Source of the DNA: an uncultured Gemmatimonadales bacterium
Lineage (GTDB): Bacteria > Gemmatimonadota > Gemmatimonadetes > Longimicrobiales > Longimicrobiaceae
Length of the DNA: 64,000 bases
Direction: 5' to 3'
Assembly: GCA_963716255.1 (NCBI GenBank)
Contig: OY970303.1
Coordinates: 8,320,001-8,384,000, forward strand
The first letter of the stretch is position 1. Each line of letters begins with the position of its first letter. This document shows, in pieces, positions 10,459 to 20,648 of this stretch. Under the pieces are notes generated by a model that ran no database searches, was not told where the DNA came from, and saw nothing but the letters and a program-made list of their open reading frames with translations. A program made the translations under genes and the position numbers.

Positions 10459-12855
10459 TCACACCCGCGCCTCGCCCGCCTCCTCGCCCGTCGCCTCGCG
10501 GATCGCCTGCAGGAACGCTTCGCCGTACTGCCGCATCTTGGCGGGCCCCACCCCGGGCACGTCCAGCATTTCCGCCTCGTCGCGCGGGGCGTGCTTCGCC
10601 AGCTCCACCAGCGTGCGGTCGGCGAAGACGCAGTACGGCGGGAGCTTGGCCTGCTTGGCCAGCTCGGTGCGCAGCGTCCGCAGCCGCCCGTACAGCTCCG
10701 CCTCGCGCGCGTCGGCGGGGCCGGGGCGGTCCTCCGCGCGCTTCGCGCGCCGCTCGCGCCGGGCGGGCGCGCGCTCGCCCGCGGCGCCGCCGGCGGCCGG
10801 GTGGTCGGGGGCGTGGCGCTTCATCACCTCCAGGAAGGGATGCCCGAACTTTTCCAGCGTCTTCTGCCCCACGCCGGGAACGGCGAGCATGTCCTCGGGG
10901 GTGGCGGGGCAGCGCGCGGCGAACGCCTTGAGCACCGAGTCCGGGAACACGAAGTAGGGCGGGATGCCGGCCCGGAGCGCCACCTGCTTGCGCACCTCGC
11001 GCAGCTCGGAGAACAGCGTCTCCTCCTGCTCGGAGGGGGGCGCCTCGTCCGCGGCGGCGGAGCGGCGGCGCGGCTCGCCCATCCCCACCGCGGCGGCCAC
11101 GGTCGCCAGGACTCCCCCGCCCTTCCCCTTGACGCAGTTGTCGCAGGCGCCGCATTCGTCCATGGCCGCGGCGTCGCCGAAGTAGCGCAGGATGAAGCCG
11201 CGCCGGCACCCCTCGGCGTAGGCGTAGCGCTGCATCTCCTGGAGCTTGCGGGTGTCCCGCTTCTTCTTGGCCTCCAGCCCCTGCCAGTCGATGGCCAGGC
11301 GCTGCACGGGCGTGGAGCGGTCCAGCACCACGATTCCCTCGCCGCTCCACGCGCTCCACTCGATGAAGCCCTCGGCCTCCAGGGCGTCCAGCAGCGGGGC
11401 GACGCGGTTGCGGGGCCCCAGGTCGCGCCACTCCAGGTCGGCGCCGCGGTACACGGCCTCGCCGCGGCCGGCCTTCCACAGCTGCCGCAGGAGCGCGACC
11501 TCGTCGTCGCGGCCGGCCTCGCCCAGCTCGCGGGTGATGCGCTGCGGCGTGGCGATGAGCCGCACGCGCACGGAGGCGCCGCCGGCGGGGCTGGTCCGCG
11601 CCAGCCCGTAGTCCTGGAGGATGCGCAGCGCCGAGAACACCTGCCGGTCGCCCTTGAGCCCCAGGGTCGCCGCGAGCTCCTGGACGGGGATGCTGAACAG
11701 CCCGGAGGAGTCCATCCCGGTGCGCAGCCCCTTCATCACGTCCTCCACGGTCTTCCGCGGCGGGTTGCTCTGCTCGATGAAGAACTCGTGCGTGAACCGG
11801 TCGGGGTAGGCGTGCAGCAGCACGCACTCCGAGGGCTCGCCGTCGCGCCCGGCGCGCCCGGCCTCCTGGTAGTACGCCTCCAGGTTGCCGGGCATGTTGT
11901 AGTGCACGACGATGCGCACGTCGGACTTGTCGATTCCCATGCCGAAGGCGTTGGTCGCCACCACCACGGGGACCTCGCCCTTCATGAACGACTCCTGGAT
12001 CCGCTTGCGCTCGCCGTCCACCAGCCCGGCGTGGTAGCCCACTGTGCGCGTGCCCACGCCGTTGAGCAGCGAGGTGAGCGCGTCCACGCTCTTGCGGGTG
12101 GAGGCGTAGACGATGGAGGAGCCTTCGCGGCCGCGCAGGAGCTTGAGGAGGAGGCGGTCCTTTTCGGAATCGTTCTTCGCCCGCAGGACGTGCCAGTTCA
12201 GGTTGCGCCGGTCGAAGCCGGTGACCAGCACTTCGGGGTCGCGCAGGTCGAGCTGGCGGACGATGTCGCGCCGCACCTCCTCGGTTGCCGTGGCCGTCAG
12301 CGCGGCGACGGGCGGGTTGCCCAGCGCCTCGCGCACGCGACCCAGCCGCAGGTACGACGGGCGGAAGTCGTGCCCCCACTCGGACACGCAGTGCGCCTCG
12401 TCCACGGCCAGCAGCGACACGTTCAGGCGGGCGAGCCGGTCCTGGAAGCTCTCGGCGTCGAAGCGCTCGGGCGCCACGTACAGCAGCTTGTACTGCCCCC
12501 GCTCGGCGCCGCCCAGGCGCGCGGCCATCTCGGAGCCGCTCAGCGTGGAGTTGATGAAGGTGGCCGGGAGCCCGCGGGCGTCCAGGGTGTCCACCTGGTC
12601 CTTCATGAGGCTGATGAGCGGGGAGACCACGAGGGTCACCCCCGGCAGCATCATGGCGGGGACCTGGTAGCACAGCGACTTGCCGCCCCCGGTGGGCATC
12701 ACGGTGAGCGAGTCGCGGCCGGAAAGCACGTTGCGAATGGCCTGGTCCTGCCCCGGCCGGAAGTCCGGGTACCCCCAGCCCTGGTGCAGGACCTCGCGTG
12801 CGCGGTCGAGCGCCGGGTCGGCGGTGGTCTCGGCTGTGGGGGCTTCGAAGGCCAT
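10459..12855 (-). CDS. recQ: RecQ family DNA helicase with two C-terminal HRDC domains
   Basis: MPTGGGKSLCYQ, VDEAHCVSEWGHDFRP, YYQEAGRAGRDG, Zn-binding CRR..CGACDNC, two HRDC units. Confidence 0.92.
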   Translation of the reverse strand: MAFEAPTAETTADPALDRAREVLHQGWGYPDFRPGQDQAIRNVLSGRDSLTVMPTGGGKSLCYQVPAMMLPGVTLVVSPLISLMKDQVDTLDARGLPATFINSTLSGSEMAARLGGAERGQYKLLYVAPERFDAESFQDRLARLNVSLLAVDEAHCVSEWGHDFRPSYLRLGRVREALGNPPVAALTATATEEVRRDIVRQLDLRDPEVLVTGFDRRNLNWHVLRAKNDSEKDRLLLKLLRGREGSSIVYASTRKSVDALTSLLNGVGTRTVGYHAGLVDGERKRIQESFMKGEVPVVVATNAFGMGIDKSDVRIVVHYNMPGNLEAYYQEAGRAGRDGEPSECVLLHAYPDRFTHEFFIEQSNPPRKTVEDVMKGLRTGMDSSGLFSIPVQELAATLGLKGDRQVFSALRILQDYGLARTSPAGGASVRVRLIATPQRITRELGEAGRDDEVALLRQLWKAGRGEAVYRGADLEWRDLGPRNRVAPLLDALEAEGFIEWSAWSGEGIVVLDRSTPVQRLAIDWQGLEAKKKRDTRKLQEMQRYAYAEGCRRGFILRYFGDAAAMDECGACDNCVKGKGGGVLATVAAAVGMGEPRRRSAAADEAPPSEQEETLFSELREVRKQVALRAGIPPYFVFPDSVLKAFAARCPATPEDMLAVPGVGQKTLEKFGHPFLEVMKRHAPDHPAAGGAAGERAPARRERRAKRAEDRPGPADAREAELYGRLRTLRTELAKQAKLPPYCVFADRTLVELAKHAPRDEAEMLDVPGVGPAKMRQYGEAFLQAIREATGEEAGEARV

Positions 12856-13193
12856 CTGCGGTCGGGAGAAGTTCACGAAGTGTCCGGGTTCCGTGGCGGC
12901 TGCCTGTACACGGATGGGGGCGGGAGGGTCCGCGGGCGGGACGCCCTGGGAGTCTCGGCACGCGCGGCGCCGGGCTTTCGCGCCCTGGCCACGGGGCGTC
13001 GGACGGCGCCGTCCGGCCCCGCACACCGTCCAGATTTCGTACACCCGCGGGAAAACCCGCGCGTCCGCTGCACGATCGGCCCGCCGCCGGCATGGAGCCG
13101 TACGATTCCTTTACACTCCACCCACCCCGCACGGACGGCGCAGGATCCCAACAAGCAACTGCACTGCAACAAGTTGCGTAACTCCGCCTGGAT

Positions 13194-13209
13194 GGGCCCG
13201 GTCCCTGCC
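13194..13209 (+). promoter_or_regulatory. possible sigma54 promoter for the pilin-like operon
   Basis: GGGCCCGGTCCCTGCC has GG-N10-GC spacing; IHF-like site at 13151-13177. Confidence 0.35.
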
Positions 13210-13303
13210 ATGTACCGGACCCGACAGCGGCCGTGGCGCGGCGAGTGCCGTGCCCCCGTGCGGAAGAGCCGCAGGCCGAACACCCCCCCGGAGACACCAT
13301 CCA

Positions 13304-13786
13304 ATGAAGACCGTCCGCATCGCCCTCCCCGCAGCCGCCCTCCTCGCCTTCGCGGGCGCCGGCTCCGCGACCGCCCAGGACCAGACCGTGGGCTACGAGG
13401 TGCAGGCCGTGAGCGAGATCTCGTTCTCGGGCTCGCCGTCGCTCGTCATCGGCCAGGCGCTGGCGGGGACGGGGCTGACCTCGGCGAGCGCCACGGCCAG
13501 CTACGCCCTGACCACCAACCAGAGCGGGATGAAGATCACCGCGCAGCTCGGCGCGGCGCTCCCGGCCCACGTCACCCTTTCGGTGAGCCTGGAGGCGCCC
13601 TCCGGCGGGACGAGCGCCGGGACCGTGGCGCTCTCGGATGCCGTCGCAAAGGACGTGGTCACCGGGGTGTCCATGGTGAACGAGTCCGGGCTGGAAGTGG
13701 CCTACAAGCTGGCCGCGGGCGTGGATGCGGGCGTCGTGCCCGCCGGCACCGTGCAGGTGATGTACACGGTGACCGCCGCGATCTGA
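13304..13786 (+). CDS. secreted pilin-like subunit (fimbrial major subunit-like)
   Basis: Signal peptide; 160 aa; Ala/Thr/Val-rich beta pattern; C-terminal GTVQVMYTVT. Confidence 0.65.
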   Translation: MKTVRIALPAAALLAFAGAGSATAQDQTVGYEVQAVSEISFSGSPSLVIGQALAGTGLTSASATASYALTTNQSGMKITAQLGAALPAHVTLSVSLEAPSGGTSAGTVALSDAVAKDVVTGVSMVNESGLEVAYKLAAGVDAGVVPAGTVQVMYTVTAAI

Positions 13787-13805
13787 TCCCTGCCGGCCGC
13801 GGTCC

Positions 13806-13831
13806 GGGGCGGGGCGACGGCGCCCCGCCCC
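13806..13831 (+). terminator. stem-loop between pilin-like and chaperone-like genes
   Basis: GGGGCGGGGCG-ACGG-CGCCCCGCCCC followed by TTAT. Confidence 0.55.
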
Positions 13832-13868
13832 TTATCGTTTCCCACCCGATCCATCTTCCGACGATCTC

Positions 13869-14678
13869 ATGAACAGCCTGTCCGGGGCCGCCCTCGCGGC
13901 CGCGCTCCTCCTCGCCCCCCGCGCCCTGGGCGCGCAGATCACCGTCACCAGCGGCGCCGTGGAGGAGCGCGAGGCGCGCCCGGGCGAGAGCTACACGGGC
14001 ACCATCCGCCTTCGCAACGTGGGCACGCGCCCCGAGGAGGCACGCGTCTACCGGACGGACTACGGCTACGACGCGGAGGGCCGCACCCGGTTCGGCGACC
14101 CGGGCACGGAGCCGCGGTCGAGCGCGGCGTGGACCACGGCCACCCCGGCGCGCGTGGTGGTGCCGCCGGGCGGCGAGGCCACGGTGGGGTACAGCGTCCG
14201 GGTGCCGGACTCGATTCCGCTCTCGGGGACCTACTGGAGCGTGGTGATGGTGGAGGGGGTGCCGGAGGCGCCGGACGCCGCGGGCGGGCGCCGCGCGGGC
14301 CGGGTGGAGGTGGGGGTGCGCCCGGCCGTGCGCTACGCCGTCCAGCTCGCCACCCACGTGGGCGGAACGGGGACGCGCCAGGTGGAGTTCGCCCGGGTGC
14401 GCGCCCTGGGCGCGCCGGGCGGGGCGAAGCGGCTGGAGTTCGACCTGGTGAACAGCGGCGAGCTGGCGTGCCGCCCCGAGCTCCGGGTGGAGCTGTTCGA
14501 CGAGGCGGGGGCGCCGGTGGGGACCTTCACCCGCACGCGCGGGCTCTTCTACCCGGGGACCACGCTCCGCCAGGCCTTCGACCTGGGCGCGCTCCCCGCG
14601 GGAAGCTACCAGGCGCTGGTGGTCGCCGACGCCGGGGGCGAGAGCGTCTTCGGCGGGCAGTTCACGCTCCGGCTGTAG
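13869..14678 (+). CDS. periplasmic pilus-assembly chaperone-like protein
   Basis: Signal peptide, two predicted Ig-like halves, VPPGG..TVGYSV.VP...GTYWSVVMVE. Confidence 0.6.
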   Translation: MNSLSGAALAAALLLAPRALGAQITVTSGAVEEREARPGESYTGTIRLRNVGTRPEEARVYRTDYGYDAEGRTRFGDPGTEPRSSAAWTTATPARVVVPPGGEATVGYSVRVPDSIPLSGTYWSVVMVEGVPEAPDAAGGRRAGRVEVGVRPAVRYAVQLATHVGGTGTRQVEFARVRALGAPGGAKRLEFDLVNSGELACRPELRVELFDEAGAPVGTFTRTRGLFYPGTTLRQAFDLGALPAGSYQALVVADAGGESVFGGQFTLRL

Positions 14679-14685
14679 CCCCGGC

Positions 14686-17358
14686 ATGCTCCGTCCCGGG
14701 GCGCTGCTGCTCGCGCTTCTCCTCGCCGCTCCCGCGGCGGCCCAGGCGCCCCGCCCGCTCGTGCAGCGGCAGGGCGCCGCCCGCGTTTCCACCCCGCCCG
14801 GGCGCGGCGTCACGGCCGCGTTCCTGGTGTCGCCCGCCTCGCCCGCGGGCGCGACGGTCCACGCCGAGGTGGAGGCCCCCGAGGGCTGGCGCACCGTCGC
14901 CGGGGGCGGCCCGCTGCGCGTGGGGCCCGGCGAGCGGCGCATGCAGCTGGTGAGCGTGGCGGTGCCGGCCGCCGCCGCCGCGGGCGCCTACTTCGTCCAC
15001 CTGGCGGCCCGCTCCGGCTACGCCACCGGCCGCGACTCGGTGCGGGTGGAGGTGGCGGAGCACCGCGGCCTGGCGGTGCGGCTGCTCGCCGCGCCGCGCT
15101 TCGCGCCGGCGGGCGGCGCCTACGCGGCGGACTTCCTGGTCACCAACACCGGCAACGTGGAAAGCCGGGTCCGGCTCGCCGCCCGCGGCTCGCACGGCCT
15201 CCCCGCCCGCGCCGACTCGGCCCTGCTGCGCCTCGCCCCCGGCGCGAGCCGCGAGGTGCGGGTGTCGGTCTCTACGCGCGGCGTGGACCACGGCTTAATT
15301 CACGAGGTGCGGCTGGTGGCGAGCGACGCGGCGGACACGGTTTCCGCCACGGCGTCCGGACGCGTGGAGCTGGTTCCCGGGGGGAGCGCCCGCCCCGGCC
15401 GCATCCCCGCGGAGCTGGCGGTGCACGCGGCTGCGCTGGGAGGCCCGGGGCTCCCGCTCTCCCTGGCGGGCTCGGGGGCGCTCCCCGGCGGGAGCGGGAT
15501 GCGGGTGGACTTCGACTTCCGCGGCGGCGGCGCGGGGCTGGTGGGGGGCGCGGCCATGGACCGCTACGCCGCCCGGCTCCGCGGCAGGGGCTTCGACCTG
15601 TTCCTGGGCGACCAGCTCTACACCCTGTCGCCGCTGACGGAGCCGGGGCGCCCCGGCTTCGGCGTGGGGGGCCGGTGGAGCGCCGGGCGCTGGAGCGTGT
15701 CGGGATTCGGGCAGCGCGACCGCCGGGTCCCCGGCGAGGCCCCCCGCTACGGGGCGTCGCTGGGGTACGCGGCCGGCCCCGGCACCCTGTCCTTCAACGC
15801 GCTCTCCGTTCCGGGTGAGGGGCTTTCCGCCACCGCGCGCGCCCTGCTCCACCCCTTCCGGATCGTGGCGCTGGACCTGGAGTACGGCCGGGGGATGGAC
15901 GGCGCGGAGGTGGGCGGGGGGTACTCGGTGCGGCTCTCGGGGTCGACTTCCTGGCTGGCGTACGCGCTCCACCGGGCCCGCGCCGACGCGGGCTTTCCCG
16001 CGCCGGACGGGGTGGCCGCCCAGGACCGGGCCAGCGTCCGCCTGCAGCCGGGCGGGGGCTTCTACCTGTCGGGCTCGGCCGCCCGCTACTCCGCCGGCCC
16101 GTACGGGCCGGGCGCCCTCGACGGGTGGGCGGGGACCGGCGAGTCGTGGCGGGTGGGCGCCGGCCACGGCGGCGGCTTCTCGGCCGAATTCCGCCGCGAG
16201 CTGCGCAGCGGGACGGGACTGGTGTCCGTCCCCGAGCTGGAAACGCGCGCGCTGGCCCTCCGCGCCAGCCGGACGCTGGGCCCGCTGACGCTCTCGCCGC
16301 ACGCCGAAGTGGGGACGGCGGGCGACCCGCGCGGCCGGCCGGCGCCGCTGCGAAACCTGGGGCTGTGGTCGGCGCTGCGCCTGGGCGGGGGCGGCTCCGT
16401 GTCGGCGGGGGTGGAGCGCCGGCTGGGGGCGGCCGGCGGCGGCGCGCTCTCGGACCGGCTGCGCGGCAGCGCCGACGCCACGCTCCGCGCGGGCGGCGCG
16501 ACGACGCTGCGCCTGTCGGCGCGGGGGGAGCTGGACCGGCGCGGCGGGGAGGCCGCGGACCGCGGGGTGGACGCCGAGGTGGAAAGGCAGCTCCCCGGGG
16601 GGCACCGCCTGGTGGGGCGCGTGCGGGCAGCGTGGCGGGAGGGCGGGCTGGCGCGCGCCCCGCTCTTCCTCCTGGACTACGTGGTCCCCCTGCGCGTCCC
16701 CGTGCCGCGCCGCCTGGCCGGGGGGCGCGCGTCGGGGGTCGTGGTGGATGGTGGGGACGGGCGCGGGGTGGAGGGCGTGCTCCTGCGGCTCGGCGGGCGG
16801 GCGACGGTGACCGACAAGCACGGGCGCTGGAGCCTGGAGGGACTGCCCGCGGGCGCCCACTCCCTGGAGGTGGACCGGCTCAGCCTGGGGCTGGACCGCA
16901 TCCCCGACGTCCCCATGCCGCTGCGGGTGGTGGTGGCGGACGGGCGGACCGCGCGGGTGGACCTCCGCCTGGCCCGCAGCACCCGCGTGCTCGGCAACGT
17001 GCGCCGCGCCCCGAGCCACGCCGGCGAGGCCGGGGTGGAGGTGACGCTTTCCCGCGGCGGCGAGCGCCACCGGCAGACCACCGACGCGTGGGGCCGCTTC
17101 GACTTTCCCGACCTCGCCCCCGGGCGGTGGCTGCTCGCCGCCCGCCACCCCGCCCTCCCGGCGGGCCATTCGCTCGCGCCGGACACCGTCGCCCTGGAGC
17201 TGGCGCCCGGCGAGCGCCGCGAGGTTTCGCTGCGGGTGGTCCCGCGCGCGCGGCCGGTGCGGATCATCGCGGGGGGCGAGGTCCGGGTGGAGGCGGAGGC
17301 GCCCCGGGAGCGCCCCGCCGGGCCACGCCCGCGCGCCCGCCCGGCCCGAAAGGACTGA
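14686..17358 (+). CDS. usher-like outer-membrane beta-barrel protein with Ig-like and carboxypeptidase-regulatory-like domains
   Basis: Signal peptide, N-terminal Ig repeats, amphipathic beta strands, C-terminal TDKHGRW and TDAWGRFDF units. Confidence 0.6.
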   Translation: MLRPGALLLALLLAAPAAAQAPRPLVQRQGAARVSTPPGRGVTAAFLVSPASPAGATVHAEVEAPEGWRTVAGGGPLRVGPGERRMQLVSVAVPAAAAAGAYFVHLAARSGYATGRDSVRVEVAEHRGLAVRLLAAPRFAPAGGAYAADFLVTNTGNVESRVRLAARGSHGLPARADSALLRLAPGASREVRVSVSTRGVDHGLIHEVRLVASDAADTVSATASGRVELVPGGSARPGRIPAELAVHAAALGGPGLPLSLAGSGALPGGSGMRVDFDFRGGGAGLVGGAAMDRYAARLRGRGFDLFLGDQLYTLSPLTEPGRPGFGVGGRWSAGRWSVSGFGQRDRRVPGEAPRYGASLGYAAGPGTLSFNALSVPGEGLSATARALLHPFRIVALDLEYGRGMDGAEVGGGYSVRLSGSTSWLAYALHRARADAGFPAPDGVAAQDRASVRLQPGGGFYLSGSAARYSAGPYGPGALDGWAGTGESWRVGAGHGGGFSAEFRRELRSGTGLVSVPELETRALALRASRTLGPLTLSPHAEVGTAGDPRGRPAPLRNLGLWSALRLGGGGSVSAGVERRLGAAGGGALSDRLRGSADATLRAGGATTLRLSARGELDRRGGEAADRGVDAEVERQLPGGHRLVGRVRAAWREGGLARAPLFLLDYVVPLRVPVPRRLAGGRASGVVVDGGDGRGVEGVLLRLGGRATVTDKHGRWSLEGLPAGAHSLEVDRLSLGLDRIPDVPMPLRVVVADGRTARVDLRLARSTRVLGNVRRAPSHAGEAGVEVTLSRGGERHRQTTDAWGRFDFPDLAPGRWLLAARHPALPAGHSLAPDTVALELAPGERREVSLRVVPRARPVRIIAGGEVRVEAEAPRERPAGPRPRARPARKD

Positions 17359-17431
17359 GGCCCGGGTCTTGCTTCGTGCCGCGGAACCGCGCCCATCCGG
17401 GACGCGGTCCCGCACCGTACGAATCCACAGG

Positions 17432-18025
17432 ATGCTGTCCGACCTCAAGACCGCGACCGCTGGCCACCACGCGCGCGTCGAAGCGGCGATGCCTTCCCTG
17501 GACGAGATGGCCACGCCCGCCGGCTACGCGGCTTCCCTGCGCGCCCTGCACGCCTTTTACGCCGCCTGGGAGCCGGCGATCTGGCGCGACCCCGGCGTGG
17601 AGGCCGCGGGGCTCCTCCCGGCGCAGAGGCGCAAGCTGCCGCTGCTGGAGCGCGACCTGGCGGCGCTGGGCGTGGAGCCGTGCGCGCCCCCGGCGGCCGC
17701 CGCGGCGCCGGCCGACACCGCGGCGGCGCTCGGCGCGCTGTACGTGCTGGAGGGCGCGACGCTGGGCGGCCGGGTGATCCAGCGGCGCGTGGCCGGGGTG
17801 CTGGGGGTCACGCCCGAGCGCGGCGGCGCGTACTACCACGGGTACGGCGGCGACACCGGCGCGCGCTGGAAGGAGTTCGGCGAGGCGCTGGAGCGCTTCG
17901 CGGCGCGCACCGGCCGCGGGGACGGGCTCGTGTCGGGCGCGGTGGCCTGCTTCGCCGCGCTCGAGGCCTGGCTGGCCGTCCCGGGCGTCCTCGCCTCCCG
18001 TCCGCTCCACCGCCGCGCCTCGTGA
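17432..18025 (+). CDS. bphO: biliverdin-producing heme oxygenase
   Basis: LKTATAGHHARVE proximal His, LYVLEGATLGG distal motif; overlaps the phytochrome start. Confidence 0.9.
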   Translation: MLSDLKTATAGHHARVEAAMPSLDEMATPAGYAASLRALHAFYAAWEPAIWRDPGVEAAGLLPAQRRKLPLLERDLAALGVEPCAPPAAAAAPADTAAALGALYVLEGATLGGRVIQRRVAGVLGVTPERGGAYYHGYGGDTGARWKEFGEALERFAARTGRGDGLVSGAVACFAALEAWLAVPGVLASRPLHRRAS

Positions 18026-20484
18026 ACGGCGCCGATTCGCTCCCGGCCCTGAGCCCGGACGCCGACGCGCCGGTGCCCTTCGTCCCGCCCGGCGAGCCGA
18101 TCGACCTCACCAACTGCGACCGCGAGCCCATCCACGTCCCCGGCGCGATCCAGCCGCACGGGGCGCTGCTGGCGCTGCGCGGGCCGTCGCTGGAGGTCGT
18201 GCAGGCGAGCGAGTCGGTGCGGGCGCACCTGGGCGTGGAGGCCCGGGAGCTCCTGGGCCTCCCGCTGGAGGCGGTGCTGGGCGCGGAGGCCGCGGCGCAG
18301 GTGCGCGCCCTGGCGGCGGGGCAGCAGGAGCGCGCGTTCGGGAGCGTCCGGGCGGCGCTTCCCGGCCGCGGCGAGGCGCGCTTCGACGTCACCCTGCACC
18401 ACGGCGACGGGCTCCTGGTCGTGGACCTGGAGCCGGCGAGCGGGGAGGAGGCGCTCACGCCGGAGCGGTTCCGCGGTGTGATGCGGGGCGTGGTCGAGCG
18501 GCTGGAGCGCGCCGAGACGCTGGCCCAGCTCGCGGACGGCATGGCCGAGGAGATGCGCGAGCTGACGGGCTTCGACCGGGTGTGGGTGTACCGCTTCCAC
18601 CCGGACTGGCACGGCGAGATCATCGGCGAGGCGCGCCGGAGCGACATCGAGACCTGGCTGGGGATGCACTACCCCGCCTCGGACATCCCGGCCCAGGCGC
18701 GCGCGCTCTTCCTGCGCAACTGGATCCGCTCCATCCCGGACCTGGGGTTCGTCCCCTCGCCGCTGGTGCCCGGCGACAACCCGGTCACGGGGAAGCCGCT
18801 GGACCTGGGCCGCTCGGCGCTGCGCAGCGTGTCGCCCATCCACGTGCAGTACCTGGCCAACATGGGCGTCACGGCCAGCCTGGTGATCTCGCTGATCCAC
18901 CGGGGGAAGCTGTGGGGGCTGATCTCCGGGCATCACTACACCGGCCCCAAGCGGATCTCCGCGGACGTGCGGACGCTGTGCGAGGTGCTGGCCCAGGCGC
19001 TCTCGCTGCAGGTGGGGACGGCCGACCGCCTGGACGAGCGGGACTACGCGCTGGAGGTGCGCGCGGCGCAGAGCCGGCTGCTCGCCCGGCTGGGGGACGA
19101 CGTGGGGCTGGAGCAGGTGCTGACCTCCGGCGAGGTGACCCTGCTGGACGTGGCCGCCGCCGGCGGCGCGACGGTCGTGCGCCAGGGCTCCACCTTCCGC
19201 GCGGGCGCCACCCCGGACGACGGCGAGCTGGACGCGCTGCTGGAGTGGCTGCGCGGCCGGCACGACGACGTGTTCGCCACCACCCGCCTCGCCGCCGAGT
19301 TCCCGCCCGCCTCCGCGTACGCGGAGGTCGCCGCCGGCCTCCTCGCGGTCCCCCTGTCGCGGGACCGGCGCGACTTCCTCCTGTGGTTCCGCGGCGAGCA
19401 GCGGCAGACCGTCCGCTGGGCGGGAGATCCGCGCAAGCCCGTGACGCTGGTTGCGGACGGCTCGGCGCGGCTCCACCCGCGCGGCAGCTTCGAGCTGTGG
19501 GAGGAGGAGGTGCGCGGCACCTCGTGCCCGTGGCGCGAGATCGAGCGCGAGGCCGCCCTGGACGTCCGGCGCGCCGTGCTGGACCTGCTCGTGCGCAAGG
19601 CCGAGGAGATCGCCCTGCTGAACGCCGAGCTGGAGATGGCGAACGAGCAGCTGGAGGAAACGGCGCTGGAGCTGGAGACGCAGGCGGAGGAGCTGCTGCA
19701 GCAGCGCGCGGAGCGGGAACAGATCCTCGCCGGGGAGCGGACCGTGCGCGCGGAGGCGGAGCGGGCCAACCGGGCCAAGGCCGACTTCCTGGCCGTGATG
19801 TCGCACGAGCTCCGCACCCCGCTCAACGCCATCGGCGGCTACGCGCAGCTCATCAGCATGGGGACGCGCGGCGCGGTCACCCCCGAGCAGCTCACCGACC
19901 TGGAGCGGATCGAGGTCAACCAGAGGCACCTGCTGGGGCTGATCAACAGCATCCTCAACTTCACCAAGCTGGAGGCGGGACAGATCGAGTTCGCCACGGA
20001 GCCGGTGCGCGTGCGCGACCTGCTGCTCGAGCTGGACGCCCTGGTGGGCCCGCAGATGCTCGCCCGCTCGCTGTCACTCGCCATCGCCGACGTCCCGGCC
20101 GGCGTGGCGGTGCTGGCGGACGGGTCCAAGCTGCGGCAGATCCTCCTGAACCTGCTCACCAACGCGCTCAAGTTCACGCCCCCGGGCGGCTCGGTGGAGG
20201 TGGGGTGCGAGGTGGAGGGCGGCCGGGTGCTCCTGAGCGTCCGCGACACCGGCCGCGGGATCCCCGCGACGCACCTGGAGAGCGTGTTCGAGCCCTTCGT
20301 GCAGGTGGACCGCCACGTGACGCCGCAGAACGACCAGGGCGTCGGCCTGGGGCTCGCCATCAGCCGGGAGCTGGCGCGGGCGATGGACGGCGACCTTCGC
20401 GCGGCAAGCGTGGTGGGGGAGGGTTCCGTCTTCACGCTGACGCTCCCGGCCGCGCCGGCCCTCCCTGACCCGCGGGCGCCGTAG
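18022..20484 (+). CDS. bphP: bacteriophytochrome histidine kinase (PAS-GAF-PHY-HisKA-HATPase)
   Basis: LTNCDREPIH..GAIQPHG (biliverdin Cys), PASDIPAQAR, SPIHVQYL, HPRGSFELW, MSHELRTPLN, GLGLAIS; GTG start. Confidence 0.93.
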   Translation: MNGADSLPALSPDADAPVPFVPPGEPIDLTNCDREPIHVPGAIQPHGALLALRGPSLEVVQASESVRAHLGVEARELLGLPLEAVLGAEAAAQVRALAAGQQERAFGSVRAALPGRGEARFDVTLHHGDGLLVVDLEPASGEEALTPERFRGVMRGVVERLERAETLAQLADGMAEEMRELTGFDRVWVYRFHPDWHGEIIGEARRSDIETWLGMHYPASDIPAQARALFLRNWIRSIPDLGFVPSPLVPGDNPVTGKPLDLGRSALRSVSPIHVQYLANMGVTASLVISLIHRGKLWGLISGHHYTGPKRISADVRTLCEVLAQALSLQVGTADRLDERDYALEVRAAQSRLLARLGDDVGLEQVLTSGEVTLLDVAAAGGATVVRQGSTFRAGATPDDGELDALLEWLRGRHDDVFATTRLAAEFPPASAYAEVAAGLLAVPLSRDRRDFLLWFRGEQRQTVRWAGDPRKPVTLVADGSARLHPRGSFELWEEEVRGTSCPWREIEREAALDVRRAVLDLLVRKAEEIALLNAELEMANEQLEETALELETQAEELLQQRAEREQILAGERTVRAEAERANRAKADFLAVMSHELRTPLNAIGGYAQLISMGTRGAVTPEQLTDLERIEVNQRHLLGLINSILNFTKLEAGQIEFATEPVRVRDLLLELDALVGPQMLARSLSLAIADVPAGVAVLADGSKLRQILLNLLTNALKFTPPGGSVEVGCEVEGGRVLLSVRDTGRGIPATHLESVFEPFVQVDRHVTPQNDQGVGLGLAISRELARAMDGDLRAASVVGEGSVFTLTLPAAPALPDPRAP

Positions 20485-20648
20485 CGGCCGCGGGCCGGCG
20501 CAGAGGCCGTCCGGGCTGAAGCGCACGCCGTCAAGAAGTAGCTCCCCCGCGACGCCACGTCCTGTCCGAAGGAGGCGGACGGCGGCCCCTGCTTGCAGCG
20601 TCCGGCCGCGGTGAAGGAGCAGCCACGCGAGCGGAGGGTGCGAACGGG

